A DNA stretch of 64,000 bases, taken from Octopus sinensis (Eukaryota). Each line of letters begins with the position of its first letter. Position 1 is the first letter of the stretch. The stretch is from the NCBI RefSeq assembly GCF_006345805.1, contig NC_043002.1, positions 85,684,001-85,748,000 of the forward strand. Reading direction: 5' to 3'. A program made the translations under genes and the position numbers. Under the pieces are notes generated by a model that worked only from the letters and a program-made list of their open reading frames with translations, had not been told where the DNA came from and ran no database searches. Positions 12,686 to 25,879 of this stretch are shown here, piece after piece.

Positions 12686-13235
12686 AGGCACGTGGCTAAG
12701 TGGTTAGGGTGTCAGCATCATGATCGTAAGATTGTGGTTTCGATTCCTGGACCGGGCGACGTGTTGTGTTCTTGAGCAAAACACTTCATTTCACGTTGCT
12801 CCAGTCCACTCAGCTGGCAAAAATGAGTAACGCTGCGATGGACTGGCATCCCATCCAGCTGGGGAAAACATACACCATTGAAACCGAGAAACCGGGCTCA
12901 TGAGCCTGGCTAGGCTTTAAAAGGGCACAGTGTGGAGGCACATGGCCTAGTGGTTAGAGCAGCGGACGCTCAGTCGAGGGATCGCGGGTTCAAATCTCAG
13001 ACCGAACGATGTGTGTGTTTATGAGCGAAACACCTAAGCTCCATGCGGCTTCGGCAGAAGGTAATGACGAAACTTCTGCTGACTCTTTCACCACAACTTT
13101 CTCTCACTCTTTCCTCCTGCATCTTGCAGCTTACCTGCAACGGACCAGCGTCCCGTCCAGGTGGGGAACCTATATGCCAAGAAACCGGGAAATCAGCCCT
13201 TATGAGCCAGGCATGGCTCGAGAAGGAACAAACAA
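12686..13235 (+). mobile_element. two adjacent tRNA-derived SINEs (second = family C)
   Basis: A-box TGGC(T/C)(A/T)AGTGG and B-box GGTTTCGATTCC / GGTTCAAATCTC in each head, followed by non-tRNA bodies repeated elsewhere (e.g. 52536). Confidence 0.75.
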
Positions 13236-14231
13236 CAACAACCACATTGATTTTGTTTTCACTAAAACTGAATTGTTACATCACAAAAAAAAAACGACAC
13301 ACATCATTACAATGTCACTTTATCATTAGGAACTTTATTCTATTTACAGTCTAATGAAGGTTTGTGGCTTAGTGGTTAGAGTAACCAGCTCATGATTGTA
13401 AGGTCATGAGTTGTATCCTTGAGCAAGACATTTTATTTCATGTTGTTTCAGTCCACTCAGTTGGGAAAAACCAGTTGTACATGTTATTCAAAGGGCCAGT
13501 TTTGTCATATTCCTTGTCACGCTGAATCTCCCTGAGAACTACATCAAGGATATGCATGTCTGTAGCATTCTCAACCACTTGCATGTTAATTTCATGAGTA
13601 GGCTGTTCCATTGATTGAATCAAATAGAACCCTGGTTGTCGTAATTGACAGAGTGCCAGTTAGTTTAGTCATGAGAGAATGGTACTTAGAGTTCTTGATG
13701 TGAGAAATGTGAAAGGCTTCAACGGATAAGAAATATTGTAATAAACAAAATTAGGGATTTTTTCTTTCTGTTTTTTTTTAAATTCTACTTGAACAAATCT
13801 GAATATTTTATGTATTGGAAAATCCGTATCATATTTTCAATGGATGGAATTTGCAAGTCACCCAGTCAATTCTCATTTGACTTTGATGTGTGGCAGGCAT
13901 ATCTCAAACCAATAGCAATTATACTGTAGCAGTGGGATGGAAACCTTTTGATCTAGTTTTTTATCTACTTAGATCAGGGTCGAAGACATTACATCTCTCC
14001 ATTTACTCACTCTAACTCCCTCTCTGTCTCTCTACTCACTCTCTCTGTCCGTCTCCCTGTCTCCGTTTCTGTCTCTGCCTCTCCCTTTCATGGGTGGCCA
14101 TTTTGGAAAAAGGTAGAAAAATATTGACAAGGAAAGAAAGATACAAAAGAAGATTTAATGATTGCAAAAATAACAAAATGTCTCAATAAAATCAGAAACA
14201 AACTAGAAGAAATATCATAAATGTGCACACG

Positions 14232-14307
<76 letters not shown>

Positions 14308-14641
14308 ACACTCACACATGCACACATACACATAAAGAAAGACAGAAGTAAGAAAAGAGACCACTTAGCGGCAAAGAAAAATCTGTGGCCATTACATACA
14401 ATACAAATATTGAGTGGTTTATATAAAGCAATGTAATAGGATATGATATTTATAACATGGATATTGGCTGCAATACTTCAGCATATGGAAATACACCGAG
14501 GGATATCTACTTAGTAATTATCAATACATGTTGCTGCATGTCTATATATGAACTATACATTATGATATTGGATATAACAACAGCCATGCATATATATATA
14601 TATATATAGCCATACACACTGGCATTAATCTAACCTCTTCA

Positions 14642-14682
<41 letters not shown>

Positions 14683-14747
14683 GAGAGAGAGAGGGAGATA
14701 ATAGATAGGTAGGTAAGCAGGCAAGCAGTTATATAGGTACATACATA

Positions 14748-14797
<50 letters not shown>

Positions 14798-14809
14798 ATA
14801 CTCTATAAA

Positions 14810-14949
14810 TAGGGTTCAGCAACAATTTGCTTCACCACATACTGAAGTTTTTCTGGGAGCCCCTTTTAAAGTAGAAGGAATAGCTAAGATTTTTTGACTG
14901 CTATTTCTAAACTTCGATATGTGGTGAAGCATATCGTTGCTGAACCCTA
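14810..14949. mobile_element. hAT-like MITE (TAGGG TIR, 8-bp TSD)
   Basis: ~40-bp imperfect TIRs tagggttcagcaac...ttcaccacata; flanks tctataaa / tttataaa (7/8). Confidence 0.75.
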
Positions 14950-15057
14950 TTTATAAAGTATTACTTAAGCTTACCATGAAATGGTCTTTTTCATGCCGAA
15001 TTCTGCTTGGTGAAATTACTGATTACTTCTTAATTAATTAATTTTACCCTTTGTTAT

Positions 15058-15156
<99 letters not shown>

Positions 15157-15180
15157 TAGATAGATAGATAGATATAGATA

Positions 15181-15370
15181 TACAAGGAAGTGCTGAAAAG
15201 TTCCTGGCTTTAAGGGTATTGTGAAAGACCTGGTTGGAGGCCCAACCTTCCAAGTTCCAGGGCTTAGAAACTGAAGGAGCACTGCAATAAGTGTTCATAA
15301 AATCATAATGAACTGATTCTCCTGTATTTTCTTTTACTCAAAGCCAGAAACTTTTCAAAACCCCCTCATT
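15181..15370. mobile_element. mariner-like MITE
   Basis: Imperfect TIRs gtgctgaaaagttcctggcttt / aaagccagaaacttttcaaaac; left end preceded by TA. Confidence 0.5.
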
Positions 15371-15374
15371 TATG

Positions 15375-15430
<56 letters not shown>

Positions 15431-15506
15431 TGTGTATCATCATCACCATCATTTAACCTCCATGTTTGATGCTGGCATGGGTTGGACAACAGGCTTCTTT
15501 CAATTC

Positions 15507-15744
15507 TTTCAAAAGGCCGCGAGCTGGCAGAAACGTTAGCACGCTGGGCGAAATGCGTAGCCGTATTTCGTCTGGCATTACGTTCTGAGTTCAAATTCCA
15601 CTGAGGTCGACTTTGCCTTTCATCCTTTCGGGGTCGATAAATTAAGTACCAGTTACACACTGGGGTCGATATAACCGACTTAATCCGTTTGTCTGTCCTT
15701 GTTTGTCCCCTCTATGTTTAGCTCCTTGTGGGTAGTAAACAAAT
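15507..15744 (+). mobile_element. SINE family A with 19-bp TSD
   Basis: aacaggcttctttcaattc at 15488-15506 and 15745-15763; GAGTTCAAATTCC B box. Confidence 0.9.
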
Positions 15745-15944
15745 AACAGGCTTCTTTCAATTCAATTTCTCTCTACCATATACACTCATGAGGCAAGTAG
15801 AAAACACTTGCCCAAGGTTCTACTCAGTGGGACTGAACCCAAGAACATGGGATTAGGAAGTGAGCTTCTTAACCACACAGCTACATCTGTACCCTTACAT
15901 ATATATGTATGTAGACAGAAACTGGTTCCCTCCTCAGTGCAAGA

Positions 15945-16320
15945 TTTATATTTTAAAAAATTAGAAGTGACATGCATACCAAATTTGCCATCAAGATGTA
16001 GGACAAGATACTGTGATAGCCTGGGCTTCAGAGGTCTACAGCTCTTCAATATCCTCCCGAAGGACCTGAGAGACATGCATGGGGTGGATGCAGATGTCTT
16101 TAAAATAAAACTGGATCTCTTCCTGTTAGGTGTCCCAGATGAACCAACTTCACAGCAGGAGGTGCAGATGAGGGCGGTTGCATCGAACTCTCTCATGCAC
16201 CAAATGGCAATTGCTAAAAAGCATTCGTGAAGTAAAATCATGTAGCAACACTGAATGGCGGTGCCCCAGCATGGCCGCAGCTCGTGAGTTGAAACTAGAT
16301 AAAATATAAAAATATATAAA
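15945..16320 (+). pseudogene. CR1/L2-like LINE ORF2 3' end
   Basis: SLGFRGLQLFNILPKDLRDMHGVDADVFKIKLDLFLLGVPDEP...SNSLMHQ* is the typical CR1-group C-terminus; short 3' UTR with A-rich tail. Confidence 0.75.
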
Positions 16321-16482
16321 TAAATATATCTATATCAAGAAAGAGGGAGAAAGAGAGAGACAGACAGACAGACAGTCAGTCAAAGTTGACTAAAGTATAT
16401 TTGATTGGTATTTATAAATATCTATATTTTTATAGTGTCATGTGTTCATGTATGTAAGTGTGAGCATGTATGTATGTGTGTG

Positions 16483-16530
<48 letters not shown>

Positions 16531-16631
16531 CATACCTACATACATATATACACAAATGGTTATTGTTATGTAAATGGCTTCACTTCCAAGAGATCACCAG
16601 AAGAGGGATCTACTCTTGTGTGTGCATGCGC

Positions 16632-16672
<41 letters not shown>

Positions 16673-16807
16673 AAAGCCAATCAACAGAGAATACAGTTAA
16701 AAGCTTGCAAAGATATAGAACAAAGCAGTTGTTGACTTTCCCTGTGTTAGACCTTCTGAAAGAAAAGGTGATGAAAGGAAAACAGAGAGTGGGAATGAGA
16801 GACAGAG

Positions 16808-16842
<35 letters not shown>

Positions 16843-17094
16843 GTGAAAAAGTTTATAATAATGACTGGGTATGGTGGAGAAGCAGGTGAGGAAAGAAGTA
16901 AGTCTATAAGTAGTGGGGAATGCCAGCCTATGGAGCTAGAAGGGAGGTGTTGGCAGGTGTGTAGATGCTTCTGTTAGTATGTACATGGTAACAGGATTAG
17001 AGCAGGGCATATTCATGTGTGTGTTTGGTTGGATGTGTGTGTGTGTGTGTGTGTGTGTGTATGAGATAATGCTGTAAGGTTGAATGCGAATAGC

Positions 17095-17136
<42 letters not shown>

Positions 17137-17472
17137 CATGCTCATGTGTCCATGTGTATGTACTTCAAGTACAAGTTTTGGTCAAAAAATAGCATGAGTG
17201 TGTGTAAGGTCTCTGTGGTGTTTAGCGTGTGTAAATAGTTACTACTGAAGTAAATAGTATTGTGTGTGTGTGTGCATGCATATTTCAAATATGTGTATGG
17301 AGAAATAAAATCCAAGAGCATAAAACCAAAGAACATGAATTCCAAATGCATTTCTAAATTCAAACCCAGTGTGAATGGGAATTTAGAAAATGGATGAATG
17401 ACGATGGAATAAATCTAACGTAGACATACTCTCAACTCTCCTACTTTTGACCCAGCAGAATATCCTACCTCT

Positions 17473-17799
17473 ACCGGTGGCACGTAAAAAGCACCATCCT
17501 AATGTGGCCGATGCCAGTGCCGCCTTGACTGGCTTCTGTGCTGGTGGCACATAAAAAGCACCAACCGATCGTGGCCACTGCCAGCCTCCCCTGGCACCTG
17601 TGCCAGTGGTACGTAAAAAGCACCCACTACACTCACGGACTGGTTGGCATTAGGAAGGGCATCCAGCTGTAGAAACACTGCTAGATCAGACTGGAGCCTG
17701 GTGCAGCCTCCTGGCTTCCCAGACCCCGGTCGAACCGTCCAACCCGTGCTAGCACAGAAAACGGACATTGAACGATGATGATGATGATGATGATGATGA
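17473..17799 (+). mobile_element. RTE 3' UTR copy (a degenerate second copy follows to ~18070)
   Basis: Shared body and (GAT)n tail. Confidence 0.85.
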
Positions 17800-18074
17800 C
17801 CGGTGGACATGGCATGCTTGAATAGTCAAAAGGTAGCTGAGTATTCTGCTGAAGTGCCAGGGACAGGTAAAAAGCACCCATGATGGTGACTCATAAAAGA
17901 TACTCAGTACACTCTGTGGAGTGGGTGGTGTTAGAAAGGGCATCTAGCCATAAAAACCAAACCAAAACAGACTGGAGCCTGGTGCAGCTCTCCAACTTCC
18001 CCTCTCCGATTAAACTGTCTAACCCTATCCAGCATGGAAACCAGATTTTAAATAATGATGATGATGAAGATGAT

Positions 18075-18530
18075 GTTATGAATCCCTATGGAGCATAGAC
18101 CATCAACATCTTTTCTCCTCTGTTCTCAACTCTGGGTCCTCTTTTCTACTCCTTTCTAGTTGGATCCCTGCTTTTTCATCTCTGTCTCAGTATCTTTTCA
18201 GATTTTGCTTCACTACATCTTATGTTTTATCTGAGAGAAAGCCTTCCATTTCCCCGGTCTTGTTGGTTTTGAATTGCCATCAGTGATTCTGTCACTAATG
18301 TAATTTTATTTTCTACGTAGGGTTGTTGGCCCTACACAAATCTATTTTTTCATTTGAGAAGAGATGCTCCACCATTATTATTATCCTGACCTCCTTCCTT
18401 TGACCTGTCCAGAATGGGAGGCTCTACTTGGAGCTTGTACACCACTGGCATACCTCTCAGGCTCACTGACACTCTCAAACAAACACCCACACCACAACAA
18501 GGACTGGATTGGGTGGTAGATTGAAACGCA
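18075..18530 (-). mobile_element. bipartite (internally deleted) RTE: 5'UTR-like segment joined to the last codons and 3' end
   Basis: Minus strand ccttgttgtggtg...tatgccagtgg...ggacaggtcaaagg...gggccaacaaccctacgtagaaaa resembles RTE 5' UTRs (recalled), then EMKKQG...DVDGLCSIG and a short microsatellite tail. Confidence 0.5.
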
Positions 18531-18625
18531 TGCCCTTAACATATTTCATGGACTGAACCATGACTAAATGACTAGGCTAGATTTTTAAATTACAGATACA
18601 ATTGATCAATTGTATCTGTAATTTC

Positions 18626-18985
18626 ACTGTGATCCATCTACTGAATTTGTGATCTATCTACTAATTGAGATCCATCTTTGCAATCTGTCTACTAGTTCAC
18701 TGTGATCCATCTACTAGTTCACTGTGATCCATCTACTAGTTCACTGTGATCCATCTACTAGTTCATTGTGATCCATCTACTAGTTCATTGTGATCCATCT
18801 ACTAGCTCACTGTGATCCATCTACTAGCTCACTGTGATCCACCTACTAGCTCACTGTGACCCACCTACTAGCTCACTGTGATCCATCTACTAGCTCACTG
18901 TGATCCATCTACTAGTTCACTGTGATCCACCCACTAGTTCACTGCGATCCATTTACTAATTCACTGCGATCCATCTACTGAATTT
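18626..18985 (+). repeat. 22-bp minisatellite (ttcactgtgatccatctactag)n
   Basis: Near-perfect core units with more degenerate edges. Confidence 0.95.
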
Positions 18986-19660
18986 GTAAGGCTTCGGTTG
19001 ATTTCAGACTGTAGTAAAAGACATTTGTCCAAACTCAGTATTTTGTGGTTGCAAATATTTACAGATGTACAACAACAAAGTATACACATTCATAAACTAT
19101 ACATGCATAAATAAGCACTTGCATACCTGCATACAAATATACACATGTACTGAGTTCCTCCTAAAAGGAACAAAGCAAACTGATTTGCATTCTCCAAATA
19201 CACCCAAATAGTGAGACAGTGAATATTTGTAAAACATTCCAGGGATTTTGCAGATGAAGTTCCTGGATTGAGCATAAGCACAAAATCATGTATACAAATG
19301 GAATGTACACACACACACACACACGCATCTGTACTAAATGAAGCATGATCACACTTCTATACTAAAGTAATATTACATTCACTGCATGAATGCAAGTTTA
19401 TGCATGCACGCATACACACATACATTTCTCTCTGTGTTTGTGAAATCATGTATCTCTGCCGTAAGGCTTCATTTCCACACATGCCATCATAATTCAATTT
19501 GTCCTTAGTCGAAAGACACCTGTTGTTATATCCTGTTAGTATTTTTATTGTATTTGTGTAACATTGTCCATTTTTTTCCATTCTTGTTTTTGTATACATT
19601 CGCTGCTTTCTTTCAAGGAATCTAATGCTCTTAGCTTAGTTTTTCCTTGGGGCTGGCCAG

Positions 19661-19697
19661 ATACATACATACATACATACATACATACATACATACA

Positions 19698-19728
<31 letters not shown>

Positions 19729-19952
19729 GCATGTATGTATGCATGCATGCATACATACATACATACATACATACATACATACATACTACATACATATGCA
19801 TGTATGTATGCATGCATGCATACATACATACATACATACATACATACATACTACATACATATGCATGTATGTATGCATGCATGCATACATACATACATAC
19901 ATACATACATACATACATACTACATACATATGCATGTATGTATGCATGCATG

Positions 19953-19984
<32 letters not shown>

Positions 19985-20060
19985 CTACATACATACATAC
20001 TACATACATATGCATGTATGTATGTATGTATGCATGCATACATACATACATGCATACATG
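19661..20060. repeat. (TACA)n / (TGCA)n compound microsatellite with ~60-bp higher-order unit
   Basis: The block tacatatgcatgtatgtatgcatgcatgc recurs five times between TACA runs. Confidence 0.9.
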
Positions 20061-20787
20061 CATTTGAAGACTACAGATCCAAGCCATCACTGGAACTATA
20101 AAAATCTGTAAAACTTTCGGAGAAGTTTGTCATTTAATTATATATGAACATGTCTAAACATGCAGCTATATGCATGAGGATACATACATAAAACAAAACA
20201 TACAAATCTACACATTTACATACATGCATGAATGCATACATACACACACACGCACACTGTTGATGTTGAAATTCCAATAAAGGAGCCTTGGATCCAGGTT
20301 AGAAACTGGCTCTTTCTCTACTGGCATGAAATCTTGAAGTAAAGCTAAATAACGATATACATACATAGACAAATATTTATCTATTATTTTATTTTGCTTT
20401 ACTTTCATTATATTCAATATTCAATTAAAATTTTTCAAAAAGTTTTGCATCGATATTCATATCAAAGACATGAAAGATTTAGAATCTCAAACTATTGGTC
20501 TCCATTTACGGTTGAGACTATGGATGATAGGCTCTAATCAACAGTTATTGAAGTTTACATTCAATCTCTATAATTATATTGTTTCATATAGAGGATATTT
20601 CTTTGTTTTAGCTGTTCTTTTTCCCTCACTTTCTTTTCTCATCAGTCTTTTATTTTTATCTTTCATATATATATATATATTCATATACACATATGTATAT
20701 GCCTGTATATATGCACATATATACATTCATATATATATATATATATATATGGAGATACATTCATACATGCATATATATAAATATATA

Positions 20788-20842
<55 letters not shown>

Positions 20843-22252
20843 CGATATATATCTACATATACACACTCACACGCTCACATGGTGTGTCTTTTATTCACAA
20901 TCAAAGCGATAAATTTTTCCTTTGATATAGTATTGCACATACAATATAAATTATTGATGAGTCCATCCTATATGGATAAAGCATTACATACGTACATACA
21001 TACATGCATACAAACATACCATGCATGCATGCATACATACATACATACATACATACATACATACATACATACATACATACATACATGCATTTGTACGTAC
21101 ATACGTACGTATGTATGTATGTACATCAATAGCACAAGGACAATGGATTTATGGATTTTAAAAACGTTTCTGGGGTTTTATTTTTGTTTCTTTTTCCCAC
21201 CCTAATTGCTTATTTCAGTTCGTTTAATGAGGTTTTCTCTATAACATGGTGCTATGAAATAATAACTTGAAATAATCATGGAATCTAAATAGTAGGTTTA
21301 TTACAAAGGTGTTGATATAAAGTTTCCCTAGTATTTATGAATGCCAATCTAATGAATTCATTTATTCTGTTATCTATTTTCTTCCTATTTATAGCAATCA
21401 ATCCTATTGCTATATAGGTCAAAGAATGCCTACATTTTGGCAGTTGTTTCAAATACTTCATGTATCAACTTATATGTGTATGCATTTGTTTATTTATATC
21501 TCTTCTTGCTTGTGTATAATTTTTTTTTATCTGTACAGCTGTATGTGTGTGTATTTTTGTGCATACCTGCATGTTGTAGCTTTTTCAAAACTTAGATAGC
21601 TAAATTCTAATTAAGCACTATTCTTTTCCAAGAAATTCTTACCTGTCTGCTATCTTTTGTTATCAAGTTTTGTTGCCTACGTGTCTTTCTTTGCTTACCA
21701 ATGATCTCAGCAAAATTTGGCTGTATTTCACTAGTTCAACATTTGATGAATTCCATTGTACACTGGTGGTAGATTTAGTTGACTTATTATAGCATGGGTC
21801 AAAACACCCTGTGGTATTTAATTCTGGCATTTCTGAGATCAACTTTATCTTTTATCCTTCCCTTATAGATAAAATAAAGTTCCAGTGATGTACAGGGATT
21901 AATTTAATCAACTAATACAGATATTTTCCAGATTTTTTTTATTAAAAGTCTATGAAAGCTGAAAATCACAAATGAAACTCATTACAGTTGTTTGGGCTTT
22001 AATAGTGGATGCATGAATAGCATGACCACAGTATTCCTATGAGGAATAGTAATATCCTGCTGTTACTATTGCAAAACAACAAACACAGATTGTAGACTTT
22101 ACTACTAGTTTGACCTCTGCTTTAAAACAGCTCAAAACACCAATAAATTTACCTTTCACTGTTATGTTTTCTCCTATAATTCTATAGAATATCACAAAAA
22201 ATTTTCACTTTTAAGTTGTTAGTGAACATTGAATGTTTCTTCATTAAATTTT

Positions 22253-22625
22253 TACCTCTGCTAAGGAAGGCGGTTATGTTTTCATCGGTGTTGGTTTGTC
22301 CATCTGTCTATCTGTGTGCAAAATAACTCAAAAAGTTGTGAACAGCATTTGAGGAAACTTGCAGGAAAACATGGTAATGATATAAGGAACAGATAATGAA
22401 ATTTTCGTAGTGATTTGGGAATTTTTATGGATTCTTGAAGGGTTTTTCATTTGTTACATTTACTTTACATGAAGTATTACAATATATGTTCTTTAATTTT
22501 ATCTCCCATGAAAACACGTTCATTGTTTCCACATAACCTATGGTGACGTTGTTTCGAAAGTTTATTTTCATTTCTCTGTTAGTAATTTTACTCGCGTATC
22601 TATTTTAAAATGAGCTGCTTGGTGT
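22253..22625 (+). mobile_element. Helentron/DINE-like non-autonomous element (second partial piece at 23465-23585)
   Basis: 5' acctctgctaagg...ggttatgttttc and 3' ctgcttggtggtggtctgcgctctctgagtgcttttctag resemble the subterminal inverted repeat + 3' hairpin layout of Helentron-associated elements (recalled). Confidence 0.4.
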
Positions 22626-22629
22626 ATCT

Positions 22630-23060
22630 CTGTGGAGGATAACATGACAAGCCTTGACTATTGGGATTGACTTAAAAAGGTCAGGCTTTGCTCCCTCCAC
22701 TGCCGCTGTGAGCTCTATATCATCTGTATGATGTGAAAAATATTCCATCAACATTGCCCATCTTTAAAATTCGTCCAAGGCTTAGCCCCTGTGCCATCTG
22801 TCCACTACAGAAATGTTTGTGTCATATCACAACACTATGACAGAACTATTTCACCTCAATTGGCCCTGCTCTCTTCAACATCATGCCAGACACACATAAA
22901 GGAGGAAAGTGACTTCATGGCATTCAAACAATCCTTAGATGATTACCCACAACAAATACCAGATAAACCACTCACACTCAGATATGTCCCTGAAAACAAT
23001 AGCCCTCTGCTTGAATGGGCTACAGTTCCCCAGAGCTGACTGTGTATCTCTTCCAACTTC
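22630..23060 (+). pseudogene. CR1/L2-like LINE 3' relic
   Basis: DFMAFKQSLDDYPQQIPDKP...NNSPLLEW parallels the C-terminus at 15945-16230. Confidence 0.5.
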
Positions 23061-25879
23061 AGCCGAAACTTATCTAAGCAATCTAATCTATGCCGTAAAC
23101 TTTTAATCAAAGCATGACAACATGGGTAGAGGCTGATATTTTAACATTTCTGACTGTCTTAAGTATAAGAAAAATTATTAAAGATTTATATAGAACTACA
23201 TTCAGAGTATGTCTATAAGCTATTGTGTTTAGACCTGGTTTCTATCCTCAAACTGTTCCATTTTGTAGATGCAATTTTTTGTTTTTTTAATAGAGCACTC
23301 CGAAATTAGAAAAATCAAAAATCTGCAACAATCTCGGTCCCATGAGGTTCGGATAATGAATTTTCAACTGTGTAAAGAAATTGATTGTGGTGATCGTAGT
23401 TTTGACAGTAATTGTTGTGAAAGCAGAGACAGTGTTGATGATGACGATGGTCAAGATAAGCATGGGAGGAGGTTATGTTTTTGCCTGCGTTGGTTTGAGA
23501 AATTGGGGGATTTTCATTATGCATGTATATGGGTGGAAATGAGCTGCTTGGTGGTGGTCTGCGCTCTCTGAGTGCTTTTCTAGTCCATTCTGTTTTCCTT
23601 TTTAATATTCATTGCATTTGAAAATATTGTTTCTATTCATCTATATTGCGAGAAATTTTGTACAGAACATCAGAATCAAAATTTTGTAGGATAACATTGT
23701 TTAAAAAATAAGCTGAAGAATAAAATATATTAATGGTTTAGGATACAAAAATTAAGGGGTAGTATTATATTTGAGATTGTATTGTACTTGAACAAATACA
23801 ATAACATTATCTTCAAATTAAAAAGAAAGCAAAGGAATTTTGATTTTACCCAAATTATCACAATGGTAGCTGTTGAGTAGCCCTGAGTCAGCTGTGATCA
23901 AAGAAACCTTATGATTAAAAGTGCTCCTGCGGTGACCATCCTAATTTTTGTGGGTCATCCAAGACTACATTATCTAATGTACCCATCCCTTTTTTAAGAT
24001 GGCAAAGTATGATTTAAGGAAAATTTACTTCCTATTTCTAGTATGTCAATCAATCATATAGAGACTCCCATATTGACTCATAGATATAAAAAGTGTATTG
24101 CACTATCAATTCATTATTTATGAGTTCATATTCATTACAGTTCTTTAATTATATCTATGAACTGAACATTTAAATCTAATATGATTCAGGTCATGTATCT
24201 ATTAACAATAGTTATAAAATTTTCAAGGAAATATATAACACAATATATAAATGTCATATCAAAATAGAAATCTGTCTTTCATATGATTAACCTTTTGCGA
24301 CAATATTTCCAATGAAAAACACTGTCCATATGTTTTACGGAAATAAATCTGCTAAGAGATTTGCTAAAATACCTCAACTTTTGATTATAAAGATGGTATT
24401 TTAAACAGAACAAAAGATGATGGAAGGTTTCAATTTGAGTGTGAACACTTTAAATAGGCTCTTTTGAATTAAAGAACTAGAGGTGGGTTGGTATCAAATG
24501 GTTTAACAATACTTTATACAGAATTAAGTGCCAGCCTGTTTCTATTTTTATTAGCTACAAAAATGCACAGATAGCAATTTTGGTGGAAAAAAAAAGAAAA
24601 TTGTTTTTCAAAATGGTAAAAAAATAAAATCTTTATCTTTCTACAAAATTATGAATACATGTTTATTAATTGGTAAATTCCACTGTGAGGAAATAAGCAA
24701 AACAAACATTCTAAAGTTAAAATAACATTTTTCAAATATCAATGAAAGTAAAAACATTTTCTCATTAATAAAATTTGTTTAATATTTTAAATTTTTCAAC
24801 ACAAATATTTTATGTCAGTTCACTTTTTAAAATGGATTGTGTTGTTAATTTCCTAATGGTACTTTGTTTAACAGACTCCTGTTTTGTAGTGGTCTTGGAG
24901 GAGAAAAATATTAAGATCTTTTGAAAATAAGAATTATTATCAATGTATGATTGTGTTTTGGACCAAAACACTTTTTTCATTGTTCCATTTCCATCATCTT
25001 TGTTGGAGCAAATTTTTGCATCTCAGTTTTCAGGATTAACAAAATTGTTGATAGTCATTTTACCTGAAAAATTTTGGTTTAAATAAATATTGCTGCATAC
25101 TATAATCCAGTCATTGATATCTTATCCTTGAGACTATGTAGTTGATTTCCTATAGATGCTATTTTAGTTGTCTTATTATTTCTTTTGTTTTGTCTAACAT
25201 TAAAACCAACAAAATCCCAGTCATCTTTGCTATTAGAAATTAAGATGTCAGAGATGAAATTAATCCAAAATGTTTACTACTCTATCAGAAGAGAGACAGG
25301 TTTAATAAATCCATTCAGTAGCAGATGCAAAAATCAGATCCTTAATTGTAAACTGGCATTGAAACTGGCAGAAAGAGAAACTTCTTTGTGGATTGTTACA
25401 TAACACATATTCCTAACGCATTTGAAAATTTGAATCATTCCTTGCTCCATTGGTCATGCAATTAAAGTGATAAGAAAACATATTTCTGCAGTCTGAAGCT
25501 AATTTAGACTTATGGAGATGGGTTCTACAATTATCAAGAAGATGTTTAACTGTCTGGGACAAACCATTGAACTGCATCCAGTGGTGAGGCTCCAGCTTAG
25601 GAGTTCAGGAACCCCTTAGGTTCCACAGCTCCCAGATTTGCTCTGGCCTTGGGCAGTAGCACCTATCAAAGATTCCACTTATGAGTTATGTAGCAGATGG
25701 TCTTGTAGTTAAGACATATAAGACTTGGAGGAGGGCTGGCCTTCTACTCATGTGTCACATGAGGACAAGCCTTGATGTTATGTGAACCAGTCATCTTGCC
25801 TAAGAATTAAATAGGCTCTGTACCTCAGGGGTAAGCTAGAGAGCAGAAGACTGGCTGAATAAACTGCAAGTAAATCAAC

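Noticed and set aside
18626-18985. CRISPR-like regular repeat
   Set aside because: Contiguous tandem units with no unique spacers, in a eukaryotic context with no cas genes.
19545-21205. YI/HT/MYVC-rich ORFs (also 31545-32779, 44183-44851, 60503-61006)
   Set aside because: Translations of (TA), (TACA), (CA) and (GTC) microsatellites.
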